From Mustelus asterias (taxonomy: Eukaryota): a DNA stretch of 64,000 bases. The stretch covers positions 434,001-498,000 of the forward strand of contig NW_027590163.1 in NCBI RefSeq assembly GCF_964213995.1, in the 5' to 3' direction. This document shows, piece after piece, positions 50,850-63,040 of this stretch. Each line of letters begins with the position of its first letter. Within the stretch, counting starts at the first letter, position 1. Made by a program: the position numbers and the translations under genes. Under the pieces are notes generated by a model that saw only the letters and a program-made list of their open reading frames with translations, ran no database searches and was not told the DNA's origin.

Positions 50850-52720
50850 ATGCACCAAATCCAAGCATGCGAATTAGAAAGTCACTTATGAACATCGCCA
50901 AAGGCAATAGGGATGAGCTCTTGAAAGATGTCACAATGGGGCTGTCAGTGATCGGAAACAACACAATCACCGATGTCCTTATAAGAAGAATCGTTTCATT
51001 GTAAGTAACAAGGTAGGAATTCAAAAGACATGATCTCTTGGAAAGAAAAGAGAAATAATGTCTGACTAATGTATTAGAGTTCTTCGAGGAAGTCTCAAAC
51101 AGAGTGGATAGAGGATAATCAGTATATGTGTTCAGTTTGGACTTCCCGAAGACGTTCGACAAGGTACCTCACAAAATGTTAACTCATAACATAAGAGCCA
51201 ATGGTGTTGAGGATAGTATATTGGAATAGTAGGAAATTGGCTGATGGGCACGAAACAGCAATTTGGGATGAGGGGTTTTCAGTTCGGCGACGTGTACTGG
51301 TGGGGTTCCAGAGGAATTAGTGCTGGGACGACAACTCTATACACTAAATGTTAATGACTTGGAGGGAGGAAGCATATAGACTGTCGCAAAAGTTGCAGAC
51401 AGAAAAATAGGTGGAGAAGCAATTTACGACAGGGATAAAAATAGTTGAGAGAGATATTGATAGGTTTTTTTAATTCGACGGCAAGTTCGAAAAAGGAGTT
51501 TAATGTGGGGAAAAATGAAAATGTTCATTTTGGAAGGGAGAACTAAAGAACAGAGTATTATGCAAATAGGGAAGCTGTGCAAAGCTGCCACACAAAGGGA
51601 CTTAGGGGTACTTGTACATGAAGTGCAGAAAATTAGCAGACATGTGCAGCAGGTAATCAGAAAGGCTCGTGGGATGTTGGTCTTTATTTCAAGGGGGTTG
51701 GATTGTAAGAATAGGGAAGCCCTGCTGCAACTGTACAAGGTACTGGTGAGACCACATCTGGAGTTCCGTAAGCAGCTTTCGTTTCTTCATTTGAGGACAT
51801 ATATTATTTCATTGGAGGTAGTTCAGAGAATGTTCACAAGGCTGATCCCCGATATGGAGGGATTGTCTTATGAGCAAAGATTAAACAGGTTGTGACTCTA
51901 CTCACTGGAATTTAGAAAAATGGGATGTGTTGTCATTGAAACGTATGGGATTACTGAGGGGCATGACAGTGTAAATGCTGAGAGGAGGTTTCCCCTCGTG
52001 GGAGAGTCGAGAGTCCGTAATTAAGAAAGCAAATGTAATGTTGTCATTTATCTCAAGAGGCTTGGAATACAAAAGCAGGGATGTACTTCTGAGGCTTTAT
52101 AAAGCACTGGTTAGGCCCCATTTGGAGTACTGTGAGCAATTTTGGGCCCCACACCTCAGGAAGGACATACTGGCACTGGAGCGGGTCCAGCGGAGATTCA
52201 CACGGATGATCCCGGGAATGGTAGGCCTGACATACGATGAACGTCTGAGGATCGTGGGATTGTATTCATTGGAGTTTAGGAGGTTGAGGGGAGATCTAAT
52301 AGAAACTTACAAGATAATGAACGACTTAGATAGGTTGGACGTAGGGAAGTTGTTTCCATTAGCAGGGGAGACTAGGACGCGGGGGCACAGCCTTAGAATA
52401 AAAGGGAGTCACTTTAGAACAGAGATGAGGAGAAATTTCTTCAGCCAGAGAGTGGTAGGTCTGTGGAATTCATTGCCACAGAGGGCTGTGGAGGCCGAGA
52501 CGTTGAGCGTCTTCAAGACAGAAATTGATAAATTCTTGATTTCTCGAGGAATTAAGGGCTATGGGGAGAGAGCGGGTAAATGGAGTTGAAATCAAACATG
52601 ATTGAATGGTGGAGTGGACTCGATGGGCCAAATGGCCTTACTTCCGCTCCTATGTCTTATGGTCTTATGGACAGAAGGCATACTCTCAGAATAAACGAGC
52701 GCTAACTTAAGACTGAGATT
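50850..52720 (+). mobile_element. Degenerate CR1 with a nested young CR1 3' fragment (~52012-52668)
   Basis: Two successive LYKxLVRPHLE blocks; 204-aa ORF 51975-52589; TCTTATGG tail. Confidence 0.85.
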
Positions 52721-52761
52721 ATGTGTTCTGTTAGGGTCAGCACCACTGGCATCTTCCATAG

Positions 52762-52929
52762 TAAGAAGTGTCACAACACCGGGTTAAAGACCAGCAGATA
52801 TATTTGGAATCACGAGCTTTCGGAACCCTGTTCCTTCATCAGATAAGTCACCCGTTTAACTTTGACCTGGTGCTGTGGGACTTCTAACTTTGCCTATTCC
52901 TGTACAACGCCGGCATCTCCACATCATAG
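52762..52929. mobile_element. Short Penelope-derived foldback element containing a hammerhead core
   Basis: Termini match the 44-46 kb element; near-TSD ATCTTCCATAG / ATCCTCCATAG; CTGATGAAGGAACAGGGTTCCGAAAGCTC on the minus strand. Confidence 0.75.
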
Positions 52930-52944
52930 ATCCTCCATAGTGCA

Positions 52945-53490
52945 TAGAAACATCAATATAGAAACATAGTAACTAGACTCAGGAGCAGTCGGCCCTTTGA
53001 ACCTGCCCCGCCATTCATTTTGATCGTGGCTCATCTTCAAAGTCAATCTCCTGATCCTGCCCTCGCCAATATCCATTGATCCCTTTGGCCCCAAGAGCTA
53101 TATCTAGTTTCTTCTTGAAATCACACAACCGTTTGGCCTCAAATTCTTTGAGTGGCAGTGAATTCCACACATTCACCACTCTCCGGGTGAAGAAACTTCT
53201 CCTCACCTGAGTATCAAAAGGTTTAAACCTTACCTCAGTCTATGACCCCTAGATCTGGACTTCCCCACTATCGAGAACATTCTTTCTGAATCTACTCCGT
53301 CTAATCCTCTTTGCATTTTATTAGTTTCTATGAGGTCCCCTCTCACTCTTCTGAACTCCCGATACAATTACAGCAAAACATCCCTTTTCCTACACTCAAA
53401 TACCCTTGCTATGACGGGTAACATACCATTTGCCTTCTTTACTGCCTGCTGTACCTGCACGTTTACTTTCAGCGACTGACGCACGAGGAT
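52945..53490 (-). mobile_element. CR1 3' fragment
   Basis: MRRSFFTRRVVNVWNSLP on the minus strand; TTCTATG-like tail. Confidence 0.85.
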
Positions 53491-53574
53491 ACCCAGCTGT
53501 TGCTGAGTACCCATCTCCGTCATGCGTTATCCCTTCAGAGGGATAACAAACTGCAAGCTCAAATGTGCAGATCA

Positions 53575-53702
53575 AAGTTTAGTAAAATTACAAAGATCAC
53601 AGAGATACCGATTAGCAAAGTCCTGATTTCCGACATCGCTGTGTATTTCAGTGCCACGAGTCCCATTTTGCTGCAGAGACGCAGTGGGTCCCGGTCAAAA
53701 TC
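53575..53702 (+). pseudogene. 3' fragment of a TCR V pseudogene with a decayed RSS
   Basis: KITKITEIPISKVLISDIAVYFSATSP (second Cys replaced by Ser); CATTTTG + 23 + GTCAAAATC; paralogous to 31470-31573. Confidence 0.7.
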
Positions 53703-54204
53703 CCACAGCGACAAATCCAGTGATTGCTCAGCAGAGGGCGCTCTCACACTGGTGAACAACAGCAATAGTTCACACTGCGGTGCGATAGCCAAAGGGATCG
53801 TTCATAACCTGCAATAAATACAAAGTACAACAAAAGCTAGTGAGGTCCACTCGTAGAACTACAGTACTTTATGATCTCAATAGTCAACATATTAAGAATA
53901 GACTCCACAATTACAGCTGCGGAACCTTAATTGTTTTATGTTAAATGTCCTTGTTGCTTTCAATTTAATTTCCTACTCCGTCCCTCCCATCTCCAGTTTC
54001 CACTTTTCACCGGTAATTTTACGTTTTTCCAATATTTAGTTTAACGATCCAAAACCTAATTTTCTGCTCAGCAGCTTAATTCAGTCTCGCAAAACTTCAG
54101 TGAGTCACAAAAGGAAACTGTCAGGACAAGCCATTGAATAACCAAATATACTATCCTCTTTTCTTCCTCCTCTTCTATTCTTCTCTTCCCCTCCGTGGGA
54201 TTGT

Positions 54205-54460
54205 ACGGTGGCACAGCGGTTAACACTGCTGCCTCACAGCGCCAGGGACCCGGGTTCAATTCTGGTCATGGGTCACCGTCTGTGTGGAATCTGCACATTC
54301 TCCCTGTATCTGCATGGGTTTCCTCCGGGTGCTCCGGTTCGGGGGGGGGGGGTTAGCGGGATAAAAAGTTGGGTTACGGGAATAGGGCCTGGGTGGGATT
54401 GTGATCGGTGCAGACTCGATGGGACGAATGGCCTCCTTCTGCACTGTAGAGAGTCTATGC
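54205..54460 (+). mobile_element. HE1-type V-SINE, internally deleted
   Basis: Head, core and 3' end present. Confidence 0.85.
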
Positions 54461-55259
54461 TAAGTTAAATGCTTGAACCCAATTTGCCTCAATATTTTGG
54501 AGAAGGTAAAGAGGTCAATAATCATCGCAAAATCATCGGCATGTGGAAGGATTGGAGCTTGATATTAGTCAGAGGGCAGAGCGAGTGAGAGAAGGCGTGT
54601 TTCTGATGTGGGAAAGGATGTGAAAATGTGAACGAAAAACCCACTTTGAGAGCAGCTTTCTGAATTATTGCACTGTAACCATCTCAGCACTATGTTCATT
54701 TCATTTATGAGTGGAAGTGACACAGAAAGGGTTTCCTAGCCGGCTGGTATTTAATTGTAGTTAATGAGAACTAGCTTTGCATATCTCCTGGGGACTGTCA
54801 ACCTGCTGTCTGAACTTTGTTCCCGTGCTTTGAACACCTGAGTGTCGAGTTACTGGAAGCGCTGACATTATTCTCTCTTTGGAAAAATTCCAATCTCCGA
54901 AGATCATGGCTCATTGTAAAAACGGTAACTAACCCCATTGTAGATGCTAATTTTAAACAGAGGTGTCATTGAGATGAATCCTCCATACATTAGCAGAAGT
55001 GTTTATACTTCAAGATTGTTCCACTGAATGTAAAGTGACAGCTGGTATCGTTGCTCTAATGCGACAGGAATACTTTTGAAGCATCTCGCCACAAACACAC
55101 GTTCTTTCCTTTGAACTATGGTGGGAAGGATTCCATAACTGATGATCAGACGGTGGAACGGCTGTATAACCGCTCATTCCTTCACCAACGGGTCCTCACT
55201 TTGCTCTTGAATTGGGAGTTTCTCTTCGAAAGACAGGGACGTTGCCAATGTGCCACAAA

Positions 55260-55590
55260 ACGGCACGGTAGCACAGTGGTTAGTACTGCTGCTTCACAGC
55301 TCCAGGGACCTGGGTTCGATTCCCGGCTTGGATCACTGTCTGTGTGGAGTTTGCACATTCTCCTCGTGTCTGCGTGGATTTCCTCCGGGTACTCCGGTTT
55401 CCTCCCACAGTCCAAAGATGTGCTGGTTAGGTTGATTGGCCATGCTGAAATTGCCCCTTAGTGTCCTGAGATGTGTAGGTTAGCGGGATTCGTGGGTAAA
55501 TATATAGGGATATGGGGGTAGGGCCTGGGTGGGATTGTGGTCGGTGCAGACTCGATGGGCCGAATGGCCTCCTTCTGCACTGTAGGGTTT
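55260..55590 (+). mobile_element. HE1-type V-SINE
   Basis: High similarity to the young copies. Confidence 0.92.
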
Positions 55591-56018
55591 AAAAAAAAAC
55601 AGCCTGGCGAGTCAATCAGCCACTCCGACATACAATACAGTAATTGTTCAATAATTGCCTCAGTGTTTCATGAGATAAATCTCGCAGTCACGGCTGAGCC
55701 ACTCCCCTGATGGTAAGATTTAAATAAACGGATTGATCCTGAATGAACCAAATCCTGGAGCAAGCCTGAGTCACAATAATCAGAATCGGGTTTAACTGTC
55801 ATCATCTGCTTTGTAAAATGGAAATATTCCCCCCATAAAGCACTGACTGTTACCCAGCTCTGACAGCCAGCTCACCGGCCTGCCGATTCAAACTGTCACT
55901 GGGAACACCAGGAAGTGAAGTCAGAACATCCTGAGGCATCAGCAGATTATTGAGGGCGGGGTTTAGAACGGGTGTCTTCAAAATCCCCAACTCCCTTTTT
56001 ACAGAGTGGACAGAGACA

Positions 56019-56483
56019 ATGCGGCTGCTCAGCATCTGCGTTGTGTGGGCAACATGTCTGACAGGTAAATGTGGACCAAACACATTTCAATTTAAAAAAA
56101 AATATTTTTGAAACATTATCTGAAACAAAATTTTCAACATTGGTCGGTCAGATATTCTTATATTTGTTTTTCAGATCTGATTCATGGAGATTCTGTCACT
56201 CAGTCGCCGTCCTCAGAAGTTAGGGCAGAAGGAGAAACGGTGACTTTACATTGTAAATATGATACTGAAATGAACTACTACTATCTATACTGGTACCGGC
56301 AGCACCCAGACTCACAGCCTGAGTTCATATTGTGGAAATATTCGGGCAGCCGTGAAGATAAAGCCTATTTTGCCAAAAACCGTTTCTTTGCTGAACTCCA
56401 GACCGAGAATAAATTTACCAGTTTATCCATCTCGGGTCTGAAGCTGACTGACGCCGCCGCGTATTACTGCGCGCTTTCAGACG
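56019..56483 (+). CDS. Intact TCR alpha/delta V gene segment (leader 56019-56064, V exon 56175-56483)
   Basis: Leader MRLLSICVVWATCLT, GTAAAT donor, TTTTTCAG acceptor, phase 1; DSVTQSPSSEVRAEGETVTLHCKY...LYWYRQHPDSQPEFIL...RFFAELQ...LSISGLKLTDAAAYYCALSD; both Cys and the Trp are present. Confidence 0.95.
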
Positions 56484-56522
56484 CACAGTGGTACAAAGCA
56501 AGCTTAGCCCTGTACAAAAACT
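56484..56522 (+). promoter_or_regulatory. Near-consensus 23-RSS
   Basis: CACAGTG + 23 nt + ACAAAAACT. Confidence 0.95.
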
Positions 56523-57429
56523 GCCTTTCACTGCAGAATGCAGCTGCTGCCTGTTGGGGCCTGTGGAGGATTGTAGTATATGCAGCCGCAATGTGCAGCG
56601 AAAGGAAACCAAACTCAATTCGAATGAAACTGTTCCCAGGAGAGACTGAGAAAACAAACTTCAGAATTCAATCAGACAAACAGATCATCGCAGAATCACA
56701 TTAGAAGACACCCGTTCGAAATCCCGCCCTTAATAACTTGTTCTCTTCCCCCGGGATGCTCTTGCCTCACCTCCGTGTCTGTCTCTGGTTCTCTGAGACC
56801 AGTTGGTGGTGATCTGGGGTTGATATTGAAAGAGAAGTGTCCGAGCCTGGCTACAGGCAGTGCCCTGACAGGGGAATCGCCGGACTTTCAGAGACTGGGG
56901 AGGAGGAAGTGGTGGCCGGGGAAGGTAACTCTGGTCTGTAAATTATCATCAGAAAATTCCGGATTGTTCGTGTTGACAAGAACCGCACCAGCTTCCAGGA
57001 AACATTCTGAAGCTCAGTGCTCACTGAGGAAAATCTCCTTGGGGTTGTTTTAAAGCTCATAGTCACCCCTTTGCGAAATCTATGTTTATAAGTTTTCTTT
57101 GATCCAGCAACGCACTCTGATTAAATAAAGCGTGTGAACAGGCTGTGGTCGAAGGCTCCACGAAACTGGGAGACAGATGGAGAGAGGGTTGTTCAATGTC
57201 ACAGACAGTCACGGAAAACACATCGAAGGAAAAAGAAATAAGTTCAAGTTATGAAGTAAATTTATGAATGTTGTTTTCAACATAACTACACTGGATTTAA
57301 GCAGTGCAATTCCATAGGTTTTCCTGACTTGTTTGGTTGTTGTGAGGTTCCAGGTGACTCTGACTTTGAAAGCGGAATTTTTGCTTATGTTTAGCAGTGA
57401 GAGCGCTGACTGGAACTCGCAGTATGTTT

Positions 57430-57705
57430 TTTTAGTGTCCTGGATCTGTTACTTCTCTGTAGCAGTGTTGGCTCTATAGCACAAGCATGAACGAGGGTGT
57501 CAGAAAGAACACCTCCTGTGATATTTCAAGGGAAAACTTTGTTTCCTTGTCAAAATCAGCAGCGAGTGTAACTCCAAGAACTGTTTGCCTTCAGTAAATG
57601 TGTCACAGCTCCCGCAGACACTGGAGGAGCAGGTCAGAGTTGGGGCACTGTGGTTGTCTTGTGTCGGCAGTCCAGTGTTAATGAGGCGCAGTCCTTCTAG
57701 AACTC
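57430..57705 (-). pseudogene. Highly decayed TCR V pseudogene
   Basis: Minus strand gives VLEG..TLDCRHKTT..PTL, ADFDKETKF.LEISQ and VLSDTLVHACAIEP in shifting frames, followed by AACACTG + ~23 nt + an A-rich nonamer-like sequence. Confidence 0.55.
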
Positions 57706-57779
57706 TGCATTAACAATTCAGAATTTTCTGACGATAATCTACAGACCAGGGTTACATCCCCCCGCAACTCCCCAGCCCG

Positions 57780-58240
57780 ATCAAAAGGACGTGGAAGTTT
57801 TGGAGAGAGTTCAAAGAAGGTTCCCCAGGATGGTGCACGGACTCGAGGGTGCTGGCTATGAGGAGTATGTATAGACTAGGATTGTTTTTACTGAAAGGCG
57901 GAGGCTGAGGGAAGACCTGGTGGGGATCTACAACATCGCGGGAGGCATAGACAGGGTGGACGTGTCAATTACAAGGTGAGAGGGGGGAAGTTTAAGGGAG
58001 ATGTGCAGGGGAGGTGGTGAGTGCCTGGAACACGCCGCTGTGTTGGAAGCATGCACATTAGCAACATTTAAGAGGCATCTGGATGGGTACATGAATAGGG
58101 AGGAAATAGAGGGATCCGGACTGGGTAGGGGCAGAAGGATGTTTTTGTAGTTTAGTTAGGGCACCATGCTTGGTACAGGTTTGGAGGGCCGAAGGGCCGG
58201 TTCCAGTGCTGTACTTTTCTTTTTTCTTTTCTTTGTTCTG
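57780..58240 (+). mobile_element. CR1 3' fragment
   Basis: ERVQRRF-like coding remnant and GGGCCGAAGGGCC 3' end. Confidence 0.8.
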
Positions 58241-58465
58241 TTTATTCTGGAGTATCCTGGAACACTGAATCCTCGCAACTGGTCTCTGAAACACAGATAA
58301 ACTGGTCTCTGCGTCCATGCGTTGATTGGATCCAACCTGACAACTCTTTCAGAAATGAACTAATCGGCAAAGACCTTGGATGTGGCTCAACGCGAACCCA
58401 ACTGCTCAGAAGGAATGATTTCGGATTCAGCCCGTTCAGTTCAAATTCGGCGCCAGCTCCCTCAA

Positions 58466-59294
58466 ATGGTTTCTACATTTTGTTCATTTCTCACAACTGC
58501 AGTTCTCTTAACTGGTGCGATTACAAACTACAAAACCTTCTTCCAACAAGCAGTGTGTTCTGTGTTTTGTCTCTAAAGTAAAGCGTTTATTGTTTAGTCA
58601 CAAGTAGGCTTACATTCACACTGTAATGAAGTTACTATGAAAATCTCCGAGTCATCACACATCAGCACCTGTTCGGGTGCATTGATGGAGAATTTAGCAT
58701 GGCCAATTTACCTAACCTGAACGTCATTGGACTGTGGGAGGCAACCAGATCACTCCGACGCAGACACAGGGAGAATGTACAAACTCTACACAGACAGTGT
58801 ACGAAAGCCGGAAATCAAACTCAGTCCCTGGCGCTGTGAGGTAGCAGTGCTAACCACCGTGCCACCGTGCCGCCCTATTTCCAATGTGCTCCATCTCCTA
58901 ATGATATTGAGGATAAATGAATTATGATAAAAGCTTAAGGATATGTGTTTCTAAATTCCTGCAGGTGTTACTGCTGAGGACTCGGTCTCACATGAGCGGG
59001 TTGCAGCGACACATTTTGAAAGAGACTCGGTTACCATTAATTTCAACCATTCGACCACAGCTGCGTCATATTGCTTACAGCTGTACCGTCAGTACCGGGG
59101 CAAAGCCACATTGCTAACTACGGAGATGTTTTCAGGGCAGATTACGCGAGGAATAGATTTTATGCATTTTTCCGCACTTCCAAAACAGAGGGGAATTTCA
59201 CCACCTGTTAGCCGCGGTTGTCTGACAGCGCGGTGTATTACTGCGGACTGAGATACCCAGTGAAATGAACTAGAGGTTGCCTCATACAAGAACA
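58466..59294 (+). pseudogene. TCR alpha/delta V pseudogene (leader 58466-58514, SINE in intron, V exon 58965-59255, RSS 59256-59294)
   Basis: Leader MVSTFCSFLTTAVLLT; EDSVSHERVAATHFERDSVTINF (first Cys to Phe), LYRQYRGK (Trp to Leu), deletions, SDSAVYYCGLR; CCCAGTG + 23 + ACAAGAACA. Confidence 0.87.
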
Positions 59295-59709
59295 CTGCCG
59301 CAGTGTAAAATGATGAATGGAATAGAGGGCAGAATAGAGGAGCGACATATCGCTAATCACTTAACAAAGGAGAAGTTGGGAGAATGTATCCACAAGATAG
59401 ATCGCATCAGCGCCCAACAGAGATGTTAGATGGGAGACTTGATTCACTCAGTACTGAGCAATTGGGTAGAACCGTTTAAAGTGTATTTGATAAACCACAC
59501 TTTTTAGCCTATGTTAAATTGGAAGCTTCACCTATTCACTGCCATTGTCCCGCTTTGTTTGATATGTCACTACCACAGAGAACATCGGAGAACATCTTCC
59601 CAATTGACCCCGTCTCAAACTCATTCTGATTAGTGACAGTGATTCAAATACTTGGAACATCTTCATCCACATTCAACACTTGTATTTCGTTCTTCAAGGC
59701 GATCTTCAA

Positions 59710-60060
59710 GGGCGGCACGGTAGCACAGTGGTTAGCACTGCTGCTTCACAGCTCCAGGGACCTGGGTTCGATTCCCGGCTCGGGTCACTGTCTGTGTTGA
59801 GTTTGCACATTCTCCTCGTGTCTGTGTGGGTTTCCTCCGGGTGCTGCGGTTTCCTTCCACAGTCCAAAGATGTGCGGGTTAGGTTGATTGGCCATGCTAA
59901 AATTGCCCCTTCGTGTCTTGAGATGGGTAGGTTAGAGGGATTAGCGGGTAAATATGTAGGGATATGGGGGTAGGGCCTGGGTGGGATTGTGGTCGGTGTA
60001 GACTCGATGGGCCGAATAGCCTCTTTCTACACTGTAGGGTTTCTATGTCTATGTTCTATG
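59710..60060 (+). mobile_element. Young full-length HE1-type V-SINE
   Basis: GGGCGGCACGGTAGCACAGTGG head, GGTTCGATTCCC B box, (TTCTATG)n tail. Confidence 0.93.
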
Positions 60061-60197
60061 TTATTTCGTTCAAGTCAATTGAAGGTAAAAATGTCTCTTA
60101 AATCAATTGGAATGAACCTGTCTGTGTTTACTCGTCTCACTCTGATCAGCAGAGTGTATCGTCAAAGTCATATCTGTCATGAATATGTGCTTAAATC

Positions 60198-60207
60198 AGT
60201 GACGTCA
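60198..60207 (+). promoter_or_regulatory. CRE/TCR-V decamer AGTGACGTCA upstream of a V leader
   Basis: Exact AGTGACGTCA followed by CCAAT and a second GACGTCA at 60244; lies ~135 bp from the 60602 ATG once the SINE at ~60305-60566 is removed. Confidence 0.65.
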
Positions 60208-60601
60208 TACCAATGAAATCCGGTGACCTCAGCTCGTTCTGTGGACGTCAGACCAGCCTCAGCCAATGCTCTCAGCTTTATCATTTTCGCTCTACTGTCT
60301 GTTTGGAGCGACACGGTAGCACAGTGGTTACCACTGCTGCTTTACAGCGCCAAGGACCCAGGTTCGATTCGCGGCTTGGGTCACTGTCTGTGCAGAGTGT
60401 GCACGCTCTCCCCGTGTCTGCGTGGGTCTCCTCCCACGTTCTGAAAGATGTGCTGGCTGGGTGCATTGACCGTAACAGGCGCCGGACAGTGGCAACTAGG
60501 GGAATTTCACAGTAACTTCATTGCAGTGTTAATGTAAGCCTGACTTATGACTAATAAATAAACTTTAAACAATTCCTGGGAATCCAGGAGCAGCAGCAAC
60601 A

Positions 60602-61915
60602 ATGCGGCTCGCCGGTCTCACTGTGATCTGGGTGACATTCATTGTCGGTACGAAGTTTAAAATTTCAAAAAAGAGTGAACAGTAGTTTAATTTCTGGAGG
60701 GAAAAGTCAAGTATCGAGCCTGCCATAGAGCGCACTTGCGTCTTTGCTCTTGTCTTTTTCTTACAGGAGGAGAGGTTGGCAAAACGCACAGCAAACCCTG
60801 TTCCAGAATTGGGAGATGACATCTATCCGAATGCAATGTAAACAGTATGGTTAATTTCTCTTCTGGTGAGAAGACAAAAGGATAACCTGATCTTATCATG
60901 ATACACCAAGGGTGTATTAACAATGACGAAGAGCTTTGATGTGGTGGGCACGGAGAGGCTGATTCCACTTGGGGAGGATCCCATATCTATGTCCCATAAA
61001 TCTAAGCGAAACAAGAAGATCTACTGGAAATTGTAGAGAATCTTCTTCAGAACGATTTCTGTAGAAAGTGATTCAAATTGACAGAATGTTCACTTGATGA
61101 GAGGAGTAAAGACACAGTTAGGGGAAAACCAGATAAACAGCTGAGGGAGAAAGAGAAAGAGGCATTTGAATGAGGCGAGAGGGAGTTTTCTCCTGGGGAT
61201 TGTAAACGGAGACGTAGATCAGCTGGAGCGAATGTGTTAAAATTTAATACCTATTTTTATGTTACACTGTGATTTTTCACCCTCGGTTCAGTTGAACATT
61301 CAATATTTTTTTTCTTTAACCGTGCGTTCCAGATCTGACCGATGAGATTCTGTTACTCAGCGGGAACCCTCACTCACACGGACAGAGGGAGAAAGTGTCA
61401 CGTTAACCTTCACCCATACCAATAACACTTATTATTTATTCTGGTATCGCTAATATCCTTGGAGGCAGCCCGAGTTTGTAGTACAGAGGTACAAGAACGG
61501 CGGTTCTGAAATAACGGGCGGCACAGTGATTACCTCGACTGCCTCACAGCACCAGGGACCCAGGTTCGATTCCGGCCTCGGGTCACTGTCTGTGTGGAGT
61601 TTTCACATTCTCCCCGGTCTGTGTGGGTTTCTTACGGGTGCTCCAGCTTCCTCCCACAGTCCAAAGATGTGTCGATTAAGTTGATTGGCCATGATAAATT
61701 ACCCCTTAATGTCAGGGGGAATCAGGAGGGTAGATATGTGAGGTTCCGGGGATAGGACAGTACCTGGGTGGGATTACTGTCAGTGCAGGCTCAAGGGGCC
61801 AAATGGCCTCCTTCTGCAGTGTATGATAAAGGCGGATTTCGCTCAGACCCGGTTTTCTGATACAATCCAGCAGTCACAGAAGTTGTTCTGATTGAAGATT
61901 TCGGAACTGCGGCAC
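60602..61915 (+). pseudogene. TCR alpha/delta V pseudogene split by a SINE (leader 60602-60647, V exon from 61333, SINE ~61516-61822)
   Basis: Leader MRLAGLTVIWVTFIV + GT; DSVTQREPSLTRTEGESVTLTF...LFWYR* ...KADFAQTRFS; frameshift, stop, no YYC/RSS; related to the 56-kb V. Confidence 0.85.
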
Positions 61916-62084
61916 GGAGTCTCACGGTGATCGGAACGAGTGAAATCCTCTTACCAAAACTGCTGCAGTTTTCTAGGTCACAGCTGCTGTCTGTTGAGAC
62001 CTGTTTCCAACAGCGAGACACACACTGACGCTGGAATACATTCCCATGATCTCGGGCGCCGACCACAATCAGTGTAACAGTTAT

Positions 62085-62345
62085 AGAAACAAAAAGCAGG
62101 AGTGGGCCATTCGGCCCTTCTAGCCTGCTCCGCCATTCATTTTGATCATGACTGATCACCAAATTCAATATCCTCACCCCACCCCCCTCACTTCCCCCCC
62201 ATATTCCTTGACCCCCCCCCCCCCTTTAGCCCCAAGACCTATATCTAATTCCTTCTTAAAATCAGACAACGGTTTGGCCTCAACTATTTTATCTGGTAGT
62301 GAATGGCACAGATTCACCAATCTCTGTGCGAAGAAATTTCTCCTG
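62085..62345 (-). mobile_element. CR1 3' end fragment
   Basis: GGCCATTCGGCCC 3' end and RNFFxQRLVNL-like remnant on the minus strand. Confidence 0.75.
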
Positions 62346-63040
62346 TGTTTTCAATAAATGATTAGAATCTGACGAACACTGAGTAACAGAGTAAATGATC
62401 TCTCAGGATAGGTTTGGTGTGTTCTGGGCACAGGAACTGTTGGTAAGAAATTCGACTGAATGCAAAAACCTAATTGAGAACAGCGTCGCAAAGTTTCTTA
62501 AGCACAGCGTTTATTGCCAATAAACGCTGGCTTAGCCAGCGACGGCAAACTTCCAAAAACGTTTTTTTTAAAAAAATGCGATAACCATCAGAAGCTTTGG
62601 GGGGAAATCCGAAAACACCGGATAAGTCTTTATGCTCAGATAAAGACTTCGTTCATTTATCCCCTGCATTTCTCTGAGTGTTATTCACCGGTTGTTACAT
62701 ATACCTGTGCTCTGTATCTCCTTTAACGGCTGGAACACAATATCTAATATTTTTTCTCAGCATTTCTATCACAACTTATTTAACTTACGGTGTCGTATAT
62801 ATCTTCCAGACATATCTTTACGTTATGTTCAAAATGTGTTTGATGTAAATAGCACAGTGGAACCCTCCCCCGCTGCTGCACCTGTTTCTTTCCGCTTGTT
62901 ACTAATTTGGATTTATTTTGGATCAGAAAAACAGTTGATAGTTTCAGAGAGCAAAGATTCCATCCTCACCCGCGCGCTCAAATCGCTATTCCCTTTGTCA
63001 CACTGGGCAGTGTTTTTTTGCACGACACTCCCTCCGATTC

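Noticed and set aside
54900-55250. Possible mini-leader with GTAACT donor and a GKDSIT V-like start
   Set aside because: No conserved Cys/Trp or RSS recognisable
59710-59790. SINE heads as tRNA genes
   Set aside because: They have A/B boxes but continue into the V-SINE core and LINE-derived tail, so they are retroposons
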